IMG/VR virus record: IMGVR_UViG_3300022890_000011
Span: 32,001 to 96,000 of that record
Strand: one strand, 5' to 3'
Source: a virus
Length of the DNA: 64,000 nt
This document shows, in pieces, positions 43,331 through 53,536 of this stretch. Each line of letters opens with the position of its first letter. Position 1 is the first letter of the stretch. The position numbers and the translations under genes are program-made. Below the pieces are notes generated by a model. That model saw nothing but the letters and a program-made list of their open reading frames with translations, was not told the origin of the DNA and did not search any database.

Positions 43331-43357
43331 GTTTAAAAATTTTTTACTTATATTATA

Positions 43358-43385
43358 TAGACGTAAAAATAAAATTTAGGTTGCC
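43358..43385 (-). promoter_or_regulatory. ECF-sigma-type promoter
   Basis: GGCAAC-N16-CGTCTA on the minus strand, 27 nt upstream of the 43330 ATG. Confidence 0.5.
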
Positions 43386-43411
43386 TTAAAAAATTTATTT
43401 ATTTTTATTTT

Positions 43412-43866
43412 TTACATTAATCCTAATTTATCAGCTTCCATTGTTGAATCATCTATTATTGAATCCATTAAAAATGATGTCAATTCAGACGAATTTATTG
43501 AAGATATTTTGTCGTGTTTATGAAATTTAAATAACCATCTTCATTTTCTTTAATTTCAATGAGTGAGTCCCAATCAAAATCAGGTAATTCTTCAACAACA
43601 TCAATATCATATTCATAGTATTTTGAATTATTAGATAGTAAGAGGATTCAAGAATTTTTATTTTCTTTAGGATATTGAATTAATATTTTATGATTTTTTA
43701 ATTTTCCTGGTATTCTTAATATAAAGATATCATGGTTTTTGTCTGAATCTTCTTCACTAAAAGTACTGAATTTTTCTAATTCCTTGATCCTGTTTATTAA
43801 TTCTTCATTTAGGTTTTTTATTTGATGATTATCATTGAATTCATAAAATTTAGTCTTCATCTTCAT
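43412..43866 (-). pseudogene. Disrupted dual-tagged gene (MKTKFYEFND... / ...MEADKLGLM)
   Basis: Frame continues past the TGA at 43648-43650 (ILLLSNNSKYYEYDIDVVEELPDFDW...), then a frameshift near 43530 leads to ...TMEADKLGLM* at 43412. Confidence 0.6.
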
Positions 43867-44179
43867 CTAATTTCTTTTTTAAATTCATTTGTAATAAAGC
43901 TTTAATTTTTTTAATAGCTTTCTTTCTTTTTTGACCTTCATTAGAAATTGGATTTTCTAGATTATCTTTCCATTTATCTTTGAATATACTACCTTTACTT
44001 GTAGCACCACCAGTTTTGTACCATTCTCCACCTATTTGTCCCCCCTGGCCACCAGCTACATTATCAGTAGATATTTGTGTTCTGTTATCGCCACTAAATT
44101 GTGTTAAATTTGGTCCGTTGTAAGTATCATATGGTACACCTTCATGTACTTTTTTATATTCTTTAAACTTTATAATCAT
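43850..44179 (-). CDS. CTS-tagged protein
   Basis: MIIKFKEYKKVHE. Confidence 0.6.
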   Translation of the reverse strand: MIIKFKEYKKVHEGVPYDTYNGPNLTQFSGDNRTQISTDNVAGGQGGQIGGEWYKTGGATSKGSIFKDKWKDNLENPISNEGQKRKKAIKKIKALLQMNLKKKLDEDED

Positions 44180-44254
44180 GTATATTTTTTAATTTTTTAA
44201 TTAAATCTTCATTATATTTAATCCTTAATAAATTTATATTTTCACTAAAATTCA

Positions 44255-44497
44255 TTATAATTTTAAATTATTCTTTTTAATTATATTTACTAAGATATTT
44301 TCAACTGATGTTAACCGTTTATCTATATTTTTGATATTACTATTAACTTTTTTAAAATTTGTTTCCATTGTTTTTCTTTGATAAGATAATTCAACTAAAA
44401 TTTTATCCATTTTATTTTCATTTAAAATATCTTCGTTTAATGTTAAATTTGGTACACCTTCATATACTTTTTTATATTCTTTAAATTTTATAATCAC
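44255..44497 (-). CDS. CTS-tagged chimeric coiled-coil protein
   Basis: N-terminus shared with 43850-44179, C-terminal part shared with 44502-44924. Confidence 0.6.
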   Translation of the reverse strand: MIIKFKEYKKVYEGVPNLTLNEDILNENKMDKILVELSYQRKTMETNFKKVNSNIKNIDKRLTSVENILVNIIKKNNLKL

Positions 44498-44501
44498 AAA
44501 A

Positions 44502-44924
44502 TTATTTTGTTTTTAAATTGTTTAAATGTATAATTTCAACTAAAAATTTATTAGTTGTATTAACATTTTGAATTGTTTCTTCTAGTCTTTTTTCAATTTT
44601 ATCAAATCTTTTTTCAAATGTTTTTCGTTGATATGATAATTCAATAAGTATTTTATCAAATTTTACATCTTCGGTTAATAAATCATATGCCTCATTTAAT
44701 TTTTCAAACATAGAACCTTCTCCTAAATTTACAATATGATTATAAACATCATTTTCAGACATATCTAATGTTTCTGCTGTATCTTCTAATGCTTGCCATA
44801 TATCACTAGATTTTTTAAATTCTTCATAATATGTATTATATACATTTTGAGATATTTTAATATCAGATTTTATTTCTGATTGTACTTGTGTTTCTAAAAA
44901 TTCGTATAATTTATGTATTTTCAT
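44502..44924 (-). CDS. CTS-tagged protein
   Basis: MKIHKLYEFLE. Confidence 0.6.
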   Translation of the reverse strand: MKIHKLYEFLETQVQSEIKSDIKISQNVYNTYYEEFKKSSDIWQALEDTAETLDMSENDVYNHIVNLGEGSMFEKLNEAYDLLTEDVKFDKILIELSYQRKTFEKRFDKIEKRLEETIQNVNTTNKFLVEIIHLNNLKTK

Positions 44925-44938
44925 AATTTTATATTATT

Positions 44939-45709
44939 TTAATCTAATTTTCGTGTAGTTTCTGCATCGAATAATTTCTCATTAATATAATCTATAAGTT
45001 CATTGTATTCATTGTTAGAAATAAATTTGTCAAATATTGTATTATAAAGATCATATTGATGAATAGCATTAAAAAATATATCACATTCTAATTCATCTAT
45101 ATCTTTTTCATATGAAATATTAATTCTATAAAATTCTTCTTCCATTCCTTCAAATTTAATATTATAATCACACATTTGTAGACCTGTGTCTTCAGATAAA
45201 TTGCGATTATCCATATCAACACTAACCACACCATCAATCATATTTATATCTTTTTTAATTTCGTGAAATTGTGTATTAAAATCTGATTCGTTTTCTATAT
45301 TCGATTTTATATTTTCATCTCCCCAAGTATAATTCGGTTCTGAGAAATAATTTTCAAATGTTTTTAAAAAATAATCCTCATTCATTGATTCTTTTGGATA
45401 ATCCCAGTCTGTATATTTGCTTATATACATTGTAGATTTATCTTCAGATTCATAACTTTCTTTTTTAGATTTTTTAGATTTTCTTTTAGATTTTGGTTTA
45501 TCTTTTTTCTTTTTCTTTTCATCTTTAGAAACTTGATGAGTTGAAGATCCAGCTGGAAGATCACCAGAACCTTTTATAGAACCTGCCACATCACCTGGAG
45601 TAGATGAAGGTTGAGGAGTAACCACTGCACCCATACCACCTGTATTTCCAGCGGTCGCCATTGCCATGCCTTCTTCATTTATAAAATCATTGTATCTTTT
45701 TATTTTCAT
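44939..45709 (-). CDS. CTS-tagged protein with Gly/Pro and Lys-rich segments
   Basis: MKIKRYNDFINE; internal YFLKTFE second tag-like motif. Confidence 0.6.
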   Translation of the reverse strand: MKIKRYNDFINEEGMAMATAGNTGGMGAVVTPQPSSTPGDVAGSIKGSGDLPAGSSTHQVSKDEKKKKKDKPKSKRKSKKSKKESYESEDKSTMYISKYTDWDYPKESMNEDYFLKTFENYFSEPNYTWGDENIKSNIENESDFNTQFHEIKKDINMIDGVVSVDMDNRNLSEDTGLQMCDYNIKFEGMEEEFYRINISYEKDIDELECDIFFNAIHQYDLYNTIFDKFISNNEYNELIDYINEKLFDAETTRKLD

Positions 45710-45734
45710 AATAATTTTTTAGCTTTTTCAGAAT

Positions 45735-46232
45735 TTAATAAATTTTATTTAAAATACCACGAGACTTAATATGATACCAATCTGTAAATGTTATTTCTTT
45801 ACTGGTTTCAGATCTATATGCATCAATATTTGACATTCTGTTTCCCATCCATCCATATTTTGAAAATTCACCTGATTTTGTTTTGACATATATTTCAATG
45901 AAAAAATCTTCACCATGATAATCATAACTTTTAGTAAAAGTTTCTAAAAAACTATTAATATCAATATTCAAATTGTAAAAATAACTAATAATCGAAATAT
46001 TATTTGAAATATCATAATCCATAATTCCATTTATATTTGTTATTATTAATTTAAAATTACTATCAGTTTCTCTTAATTTAATTTCTTCTTTAGGTTTACT
46101 AAAACCTTCTAATATAAAATCATCAAAAGATTTCATATTTCTCCAAACAGAACCAGGCACTTTTTTTGGTTGAGGAGTGACTATAGGTCCCATTCCACCT
46201 TGATTTCCTTTAGTACTATATGATTTACCCAT
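45735..46232 (-). CDS. Hypothetical protein with internal CTS-like motif
   Basis: MKSFDDFILE at residue 33; preceding GGMGPIVTPQP matches the neighbouring gene. Confidence 0.55.
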   Translation of the reverse strand: MGKSYSTKGNQGGMGPIVTPQPKKVPGSVWRNMKSFDDFILEGFSKPKEEIKLRETDSNFKLIITNINGIMDYDISNNISIISYFYNLNIDINSFLETFTKSYDYHGEDFFIEIYVKTKSGEFSKYGWMGNRMSNIDAYRSETSKEITFTDWYHIKSRGILNKIY

Positions 46233-46319
46233 AAAATTTATTTAATTTGATTTATATTAATGGTATATATAAAAATAGAATTTTCATTTAATATATAGTC
46301 TAAAAATAGAAATAATAAA

Positions 46320-46895
46320 ATGATAAAAATATATGAGAATTTTGTAGAACAAAATGCAATAGTTGAGAAACTTAATGCATTAATGAAAGGATTTATGAAA
46401 ACTATTAAACAATGGTTTACAACAGGTTCATTTTCAAAACACGGTCTCACATTATACGATCTTGAAGAAAGTTCGATTACAGATAAATTAGAAAAAAGTC
46501 TGATATTTTCATTTAGTGATGATAGCAACTTTTATCAAGTAGAATTTGTCATCAGATTAGCCGATTATCAAGAAGGAATATTCAAAAAAGCTTTTCTTAA
46601 AGTTAAAAAATATGCTCTACACGAACAACCAACTGATAGTTTATCTGGTATGATGGTTGATGTGTGGGATTCTAATGATCCAAATAATAATCCAAAAGGT
46701 GATGGTCAAATTGACATTTCTGAATTTACAGAAGATAAAATTATTGACATAATCTCTGAAATGGATAATGAGCCTCAAGCTCCTGGTACTAGTGAAGAAG
46801 GTACAAAATCTATGGAGGGTGATGTTGTTAAACAAGAATTACCACAACCTCAAACACAAGAAGGTGGTGAATTACAAGATGAATTTGAATTTTAA
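46320..46895 (+). CDS. CTS-tagged acidic protein
   Basis: MIKIYENFVE; TTAATATATA at 46288-46297. Confidence 0.6.
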   Translation: MIKIYENFVEQNAIVEKLNALMKGFMKTIKQWFTTGSFSKHGLTLYDLEESSITDKLEKSLIFSFSDDSNFYQVEFVIRLADYQEGIFKKAFLKVKKYALHEQPTDSLSGMMVDVWDSNDPNNNPKGDGQIDISEFTEDKIIDIISEMDNEPQAPGTSEEGTKSMEGDVVKQELPQPQTQEGGELQDEFEF

Positions 46896-46910
46896 AAATA
46901 ATATTTTTTT

Positions 46911-47429
46911 ATGAGTAAACTAAAACCATTAAAAATTGTTGCAAGTTCACAAGTATTAAGAATATTTTCAAAAATAGAAATATTTGTTCTCGATTTAGGT
47001 TTTAATTTAACAGGTCCTGTTGATTATAAGAAAAAGGAACCTATGAAAATTAAAATTTCAGACCCATTTATTAAAAAATATAAAGCTGATTATAACCGAT
47101 ATATACATAAATTTGGTGATATTGGTATATTAAAATTTTATAGTGATGAAAATTTACTTTTAAATGAAATGTATATTTTTGATGATGATAATATTTATGA
47201 AATAGAATTAGATATTACTGAAATTAAAAGAGAACCAAGAAAATATTTATCAGTAATCATAGAAAAAATTAATACTCATCAAAAAATGCCAAATATAATT
47301 TCAAGTCCTTTAAGTGAAGTTAAAGGTTATGGTAACGTGCCTGATGAATTAGAATCACCTAAACTAAGTTTACCAAAAGAGGAATTTATAAGACAAATGG
47401 TAGAGTATCATGAGAATCAATTTAAATAA
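46911..47429 (+). CDS. Hypothetical protein
   Basis: 172 aa ORF. Confidence 0.55.
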   Translation: MSKLKPLKIVASSQVLRIFSKIEIFVLDLGFNLTGPVDYKKKEPMKIKISDPFIKKYKADYNRYIHKFGDIGILKFYSDENLLLNEMYIFDDDNIYEIELDITEIKREPRKYLSVIIEKINTHQKMPNIISSPLSEVKGYGNVPDELESPKLSLPKEEFIRQMVEYHENQFK

Positions 47430-47452
47430 TTATAAAATCAATTTAAAATAAT

Positions 47453-48742
47453 ATGTCAAATAAGAAAGCAAAAACAGGTTTAATACAAGACCAAAAAGCC
47501 TTACATCCAGGATGGAGAAGCGGTGGACAAGGTAAACAAAAACAAACTGCAAATTTTATTGGTGATCAATTATATAAACCAACATCAACGGTTGAAACAC
47601 CTAAAGGTCAAAATGCATATAATCAACCAAATATTATTAGCGATAATGTTATAGATACTGATATGGATGCTTATAATCAACCAAATATTGAAGATGATAA
47701 TTTAATGCTATCTGATGAAGAAGTATATATTCAACCAAATATAGAAAATGATAATGTTCCAAATGATTATTTTGATGCCTATTCACAACCAAATATTGAA
47801 AATGATAACGTGATATCATCTAATGAAGATGCTTATATTCAACCAGATATTGAAGATGATAATTTAATGACTACGAATGAAGAAGTATATATTCAACCAG
47901 ATATTGAAAATGATAATTTAATGCCATCTAATGAAGATGCTTATTTACAACCGGAATTAATTGAAACTACTTTACAAGGTGATGTAGAGGTTTATGAACA
48001 ACCAACTGTTGTTTTTGATAATGAGATGGTAACTGGTTTAGATGCTTATTTACAACCTGAGTTAATTAAAGATAAATTTGAAGGTGATACAAAATCTTAT
48101 GAACAACCAGATATTCAATTAGATAAATATGATGGTGATAAAGATGTTTATAAACAACCAAATCCTTTAAAAACCGAATTTGAAAAAAATCCAATTTCTT
48201 ATAAACAACCTGAAATTGAAATAAATAAATTTGAAGGTGAAAGAGATGCATATACTCAACCTAATATTCAACAAATGATTGATGAAGAAATGGCTAAATT
48301 AGGTAATATATATAATGAAGTTACACTCAAAGCTATTAGAAGAAAATTAGAACATGAAATGGTTTATAAATTTCAACAAAAAAAGAAAAAAGTTGAATTG
48401 GGTAATATTGGTGTAACTAAAGAGAAAGAAGAAAAATTAGAAGATAAATTATATGCTGAAGGATATGATGAAAATACTATAAAAGCAATTGATAGAAAAT
48501 TACAAGGTGAAATTTTATATGAACAAAAGAGTTTAGAAAGTGCTAGAAAAAATATAATGGTTAAAAAATCTCTTGGTGATGTTACACAAAAAATTAATGT
48601 AGGGTTTAATTTAGGTAACATATATGATGAAACTATTATAACAAATGCAACTAAAAATCTAGATAATCAAAGATCAACATCAAATGATATTGAAGAAAAA
48701 ATTAAAGAAATCGCAAGAAAAAGGCAAATAGGAGAATTATAA
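47453..48742 (+). CDS. Acidic protein with 17-aa YxQP tandem repeats
   Basis: About 13-14 repeats such as DAYNQPNIEDDNLMLSD. Confidence 0.65.
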   Translation: MSNKKAKTGLIQDQKALHPGWRSGGQGKQKQTANFIGDQLYKPTSTVETPKGQNAYNQPNIISDNVIDTDMDAYNQPNIEDDNLMLSDEEVYIQPNIENDNVPNDYFDAYSQPNIENDNVISSNEDAYIQPDIEDDNLMTTNEEVYIQPDIENDNLMPSNEDAYLQPELIETTLQGDVEVYEQPTVVFDNEMVTGLDAYLQPELIKDKFEGDTKSYEQPDIQLDKYDGDKDVYKQPNPLKTEFEKNPISYKQPEIEINKFEGERDAYTQPNIQQMIDEEMAKLGNIYNEVTLKAIRRKLEHEMVYKFQQKKKKVELGNIGVTKEKEEKLEDKLYAEGYDENTIKAIDRKLQGEILYEQKSLESARKNIMVKKSLGDVTQKINVGFNLGNIYDETIITNATKNLDNQRSTSNDIEEKIKEIARKRQIGEL

Positions 48743-48952
48743 ATATGAACTTAAACGAAAATAATTTAAATATAAACATATCATTATTAGATTTTTGTAA
48801 ATTTATTAAAAAAGAACATATAGGTAAAGAAGATGATATAGTATATCATTATATAGAAAATTTTTTAAAAATTGAAGAATTTATAGATATTGATAATATT
48901 AAAGATTTATTAGAAAATCAATAAAAATAAACGTAAAAATAAAACAAAATTT

Positions 48953-49624
48953 ATGAAAAAAGGAATGATATCTAAATTGTTAAATAAATCAAAAAATAAA
49001 TGTAAAATTATGGCAAAATCTAAATGTAAAGTGTTATTGGATAATGGTCACGGTGGAATTATAAATGGCATTTATCAAACTGCTGGAAAAAGATCACCTG
49101 TTTGGCCTGATGGTAGACAATTATTTGAAGGTGAATTTAATAGAGCAATTGTTAGTAGAGTTGCAAAATTATTAGATGATAAAGGTATTGATAATATGAT
49201 ATTAGTACCTGAACTTAAAGATATATCTCTTGGAACTAGAGTTAGTAGAGCTAATAAAGAATATATACATGATAAAAGATGTATTTTTTTATCAGTTCAT
49301 GCAAATGCTGGAAAAGGTACTGGATTCGAAGTATTTACAAGTCCTGGAGAGACTAAATCAGATAAACATGCTACTATTTATTTTAATGAATATAAAAAAG
49401 AATTTCCTGAATTAAGAGCAAGACAAGATATAACTGATGGAGATCCAGACAAAGAGGCTAATTACTATGTATTAGTTCATACTTACATGCCCGCTTGTTT
49501 AATGGAATGTTCATTTATGGATACATTAGAACCAGATTGTGAGATGTTGTTTAGTGATGATGATAGAGATAGATTTGCTCAAGCTTTAGTTGATGGTATA
49601 TTAGAAATTGAAAAGACATATTAA
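48953..49624 (+). CDS. N-acetylmuramoyl-L-alanine amidase (Amidase_3), probable endolysin
   Basis: LDNGHG, EGEFN, SVHANA and LMEC zinc/catalytic motifs; start may be 49010. Confidence 0.88.
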   Translation: MKKGMISKLLNKSKNKCKIMAKSKCKVLLDNGHGGIINGIYQTAGKRSPVWPDGRQLFEGEFNRAIVSRVAKLLDDKGIDNMILVPELKDISLGTRVSRANKEYIHDKRCIFLSVHANAGKGTGFEVFTSPGETKSDKHATIYFNEYKKEFPELRARQDITDGDPDKEANYYVLVHTYMPACLMECSFMDTLEPDCEMLFSDDDRDRFAQALVDGILEIEKTY

Positions 49625-49629
49625 TTTTA

Positions 49630-49872
49630 ATGAACAAAATGATGAAATTTAAGCACTTTGTTAATGAAAACCTAACCGAAAAAAGATTTATTGATAATTT
49701 CAAGGAAAAATTCTTGTTTTATTTCAATAATAATGAACTATATAATAATAAATTTAAAAAGCATATAGATAAGAGGATATATTCATTTTTTATTGATTTA
49801 AAGAAACATTATAAAAATATGAGAGAACCAGGATGGAAAGACAAATATAATCTCACAGAACATGATAACTAA
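49630..49872 (+). CDS. CTS-tagged fragment paralogous to the C-terminus of the next gene
   Basis: MKFKHFVNE; FKKHIDKRIY vs FQKHIDKRLY. Confidence 0.5.
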   Translation: MNKMMKFKHFVNENLTEKRFIDNFKEKFLFYFNNNELYNNKFKKHIDKRIYSFFIDLKKHYKNMREPGWKDKYNLTEHDN

Positions 49873-50629
49873 ATTTAAATTATTCGAAAGAAGTGATATT
49901 GAACAAAGTGAAAAATTTGAAAAAATTTCTCGTTATATATTACGTGTTATTAAAAGACACTTCAATAAATGTATTAAGAATTTTTTAGATGATGATGACA
50001 AAGAACAATTAAATAATAATTTACAATCATTAAAATATAAAGATACCACTATACAACTTGTAAAAAATATGAATATTTCATATGCTAAAGACACTACTGG
50101 TAATAAATATTTAAATATAGGTTTAGAATCAATATTAGTATTAATAAAAGAAATAGAAACTGCTGCTAAACAAGGTAAATTAACAAAAGATTATATTAAA
50201 AATGTCAATATTTATAACTTATTAGATAAGTGGGAAAAATCTGCAATTATACATGAATTAACACACAAATCTGATGATGAAACATTTGATTTATTTGGTG
50301 ATCTCTTATTAAAGATTTATGGTAAAAAAGAACCAACAAAAGAAGAAATAGAAAAAGATTCTTTTGAAAAATATATGAAAATATATAATGATATTCCAAC
50401 TGAATATAATGCATATTTTATACAAATGACAAATGTAATTATAAATAAAATAAAAATAAATCCAAAAATATTAAATTCTTTTGGTGTATTTAAAAAATAC
50501 TTTTTAATATATTTTAAACATTATTCAAATGATTTATATGATAAAGGCAGGTTTCAAAAACATATTGATAAAAGATTATATTTATTGTACCAGAATCTTA
50601 CAGATAAAGAAAAAGTCAACATTAGTTGA
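49862..50629 (+). CDS. CTS-tagged HExxH (zincin-like) protein
   Basis: MITKFKLFE; AIIHELTH and a downstream PTEYNAY glutamate. Confidence 0.55.
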   Translation: MITKFKLFERSDIEQSEKFEKISRYILRVIKRHFNKCIKNFLDDDDKEQLNNNLQSLKYKDTTIQLVKNMNISYAKDTTGNKYLNIGLESILVLIKEIETAAKQGKLTKDYIKNVNIYNLLDKWEKSAIIHELTHKSDDETFDLFGDLLLKIYGKKEPTKEEIEKDSFEKYMKIYNDIPTEYNAYFIQMTNVIINKIKINPKILNSFGVFKKYFLIYFKHYSNDLYDKGRFQKHIDKRLYLLYQNLTDKEKVNIS

Positions 50630-50634
50630 CTTTT
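50611..50634. terminator. Hairpin between convergent genes
   Basis: aaaagtcaac-atta-gttgactttt. Confidence 0.55.
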
Positions 50635-50640
50635 CTTGTT

Positions 50641-52166
50641 TTAGAAATCATACCATTTACCATTTTTCTTTGTTTTGTGTAGTTCATTTATTTTAAAACT
50701 CCACGAATTAAAATCAAGTAATCTACAACCTGATTTTATGATAATTTTATGTACTTCTTTATAAATTTTCGCCTCCACTATCTGATAGGGGGCTTGGTAT
50801 CCATTACGATGGACCCATTCGACTCTCCAAAGTCGTAATCTACTTTTAGATTCCATGATTAAACAAGGAAATCATTAAGTATCTGGGTCTTTATATATAC
50901 ACCAAACTTCTTCTACATCATCTAAAACAGTTAATATTTCTGTAGTTGTATTATACACAAATTTATGTTTTGTTTTTAATTGATCTATATTATTAGTGAA
51001 AACTTCTGTAACAAAATCAGAATTAATAGTAAATAAACTATTATTATTAATAAGTGACTTTCTTTTAAGATTCGTCAGTTTCATCTATTATATTTTGTTT
51101 TTTAATTACAATCTCATTTAATATTGATATCATTCGTAGAAAAAATTCTTGATTTTGTTTAAAATTATCTAAGAATTCATCACTACCATATTCTTCAACT
51201 AATTGTTTTTTAGTTTCTAATATAACTGGATCTTTAACTTCATCGTTAAAAAATAAGACATAAAGTTGCTGCAATGTCATATGATAAAAATGCTCTGGTG
51301 CAATCTTACCATTTTCTTCATACAAAAACCAATCATATGTGTATATTTCTTCACCCTTATCAGTTATTAACTTTTTCGGTATTATTTTAATATATGCTTC
51401 CATTAGTATTTTAATTGTATTTCTTCTACATCAAATTCTTCTAAAAATTCATTGAACCAACTTTGCACTTCATTTATTATCTCTTGTTCTTTATCATCTT
51501 CATATGGTATTTTATAAGGTTCTTCATAATTCCATAGTGAACCCATTGATTTTTCTATATATTCAAATTCTAATAAACGATGATATACACCTTTTATTTT
51601 AAATGTTGTTTCAATAAATTCAGCAAATTCTGTTGCATCTATATAGTTATAAATCTTCATTAGTATTTTAATTGTATGTCTTCTTGAGGATTATTCCATA
51701 CTAAATCTATATGATCCATTGTATATAATTCTTCTAGATTTTCAGAATATCTATTTCCTGAAATTTTATACCATCTTCCATCTGGTGCTGCAAAATATAC
51801 ATAATTACCCCATGTAACATCCATATGAAATAAAATATCATATTCATCAAAATAATGTAATATTTCTTCCCAAGTTCTTCCTTTTCCTCCAAATTTAGGT
51901 TTTTCACATCTTTTTACAGGTATTCTTTCATTCATTAAAAATAACCATTTATATGCTTTTTCTCTTTGTTTTCTTGGTAAAATAGTAATTGTAGGTTCAA
52001 AATAATATTCACTTTCTTCTTCATGCTTTGATAAATACCCTTCATTTGATAAATCTACTAGTAGAGGATATTCTTCACTGTCTACTTTAAATTTTATTTG
52101 TTTTTTTCTTTTGTGATAATTGTTAACGAGTTTATATACATCTCGATGTTGATTTGTTATTTCCAT
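50641..52166 (-). CDS. Cluster of five small untagged hypothetical genes (50641-50856, 50875-51084, 51065-51403, 51403-51660, 51660-52166)
   Basis: Tightly coupled ORFs from the track. Confidence 0.55.
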
Positions 52167-52247
52167 TAGAATTTTTTATCTTTAAAAATATATATGTGAA
52201 AATTTTTTTTTTGTTTTTTATTAGAGGAGAAAGAATTTGTTCTCAGA

Positions 52248-52820
52248 CTACAATAACCCCATAGAAATTGAGTCAATTATTTGTTTACAATCTGGATCTT
52301 TTAAAATATTTGGATTTATATCTAGATCATTATTCATTAATAGTTTAAAAAATTCTAAGTTATTATTTATTAAATATTTTTGTATTACTTCTGTTTTAAA
52401 AAAATTACTTGAATATAAATTTTGATACATTCTATATGAAATTAATTTATCTAAACTAACTCTTTTATCTAATAAATAAATAAATTTTAAAACGTCTGAA
52501 TTATCAAATGCATCTACAACACCTAATTCTAAATCACTTTTAAGATAATATTCTGATACTTTCCATTTCTTACCACAATCTTCGGAAAAACAATCTTCAA
52601 TAAATACATTATCTCCAATAAATCTACCTTTTTTAAAATCTATTTTATTATCATATTTTTTCATAGATTCTATGAATTGTTCACCATGTAACCATCTAAT
52701 TAAATAAGATAAATTTGGCATTGAATTTGTAATATCTCTATCAAGAGGATCTTCAAATACAACACTAAAATGATCATGTTTTGCCCATTTATCTTCATTA
52801 TATTTCTTTAAATGATTCAT
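52248..52820 (-). CDS. Dual-tagged protein (MNHLKKYNE... / ...SISMGLL)
   Basis: Terminal motifs. Confidence 0.65.
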   Translation of the reverse strand: MNHLKKYNEDKWAKHDHFSVVFEDPLDRDITNSMPNLSYLIRWLHGEQFIESMKKYDNKIDFKKGRFIGDNVFIEDCFSEDCGKKWKVSEYYLKSDLELGVVDAFDNSDVLKFIYLLDKRVSLDKLISYRMYQNLYSSNFFKTEVIQKYLINNNLEFFKLLMNNDLDINPNILKDPDCKQIIDSISMGLL

Positions 52821-52981
52821 TATTTATTATATATATTTAAATTTCCTTTGAAAAAAGAATTAATTAGAAGTTAAAATAATATCATAATCTTGCACCAATT
52901 ACTTAATTGGTGGAATTTAGTTGCTGAAAATTCTACTAGTCGCTGAATTAGACGTTACTAACTATTAAATATTCATTTCAT

Positions 52982-53065
52982 TTAGTTTTTTATATCAACG
53001 AGAGCTTTATTATCAAAATCAATTTCGTCATAGATTTTTTCGTTATATTTTTTTAAGTATTTCAT
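52982..53065 (-). pseudogene. 27-aa CTS stub MKYLKKYNEKIYDEIDFDNKALVDIKN
   Basis: ATGA overlap with the upstream LGLL* gene; early stop. Confidence 0.55.
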
Positions 53066-53502
53066 AATAGTCCTAATTCACCTCCTTGTAGTATATATTC
53101 ATATTTATTTTCTTCTACCCAATTATAAAAATTATATTGAGTAGGATGATGTCCATTTGGATCTGAAAAATATATATCTTCTGTTTCAGCTGTTAATGTA
53201 TAATATAATGGTTCACTTTCTACACTTCCTTCATTTATTACAATAAACCAAATAAAATTTGGTTCTTTTTCAGCTTTAATTTTAATGTAATTTAAAAATT
53301 GTTGTTTTGTTCCTGATGTCATGTTTCTATTTCCAAAAACTATGATATCATCATTATAATGTTCACACATTAATTTAATTGCATTAACAATGTCTTTTCC
53401 TTTTATAAATTTATATCCCCATGATTTTTGATGATTTGTTGGTTTATCATTTTGTATAGGTTTCGATTTAAAAAAGCCTTCGTATGTTTTTAGATTATTC
53501 AT
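53062..53502 (-). CDS. Dual-tagged protein (MNNLKTYE... / ...GGELGLL)
   Basis: Terminal motifs. Confidence 0.65.
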   Translation of the reverse strand: MNNLKTYEGFFKSKPIQNDKPTNHQKSWGYKFIKGKDIVNAIKLMCEHYNDDIIVFGNRNMTSGTKQQFLNYIKIKAEKEPNFIWFIVINEGSVESEPLYYTLTAETEDIYFSDPNGHHPTQYNFYNWVEENKYEYILQGGELGLL

Positions 53503-53508
53503 TTAAAT

Positions 53509-53530
53509 TATATATTAATTTTAATATATA
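53509..53530. promoter_or_regulatory. Back-to-back TTAATATATA putative late promoters
   Basis: tatatattaa-tt-ttaatatata between divergent tagged genes. Confidence 0.6.
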
Positions 53531-53536
53531 ACAATA

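Noticed and set aside
43648-43650. In-frame TGA as evidence for genome-wide stop-codon recoding
   Set aside because: Long genes are intact in the standard code, TGA serves as a real stop in ATGA overlaps (e.g. 30814-30817, 53062-53065), and the same gene also has a frameshift
52893-52912. Hairpin caccaatta-ct-taattggtg as a possible ncRNA or tRNA
   Set aside because: Only a single short stem; no cloverleaf or other support. No tRNA or rRNA was recognised anywhere in the window
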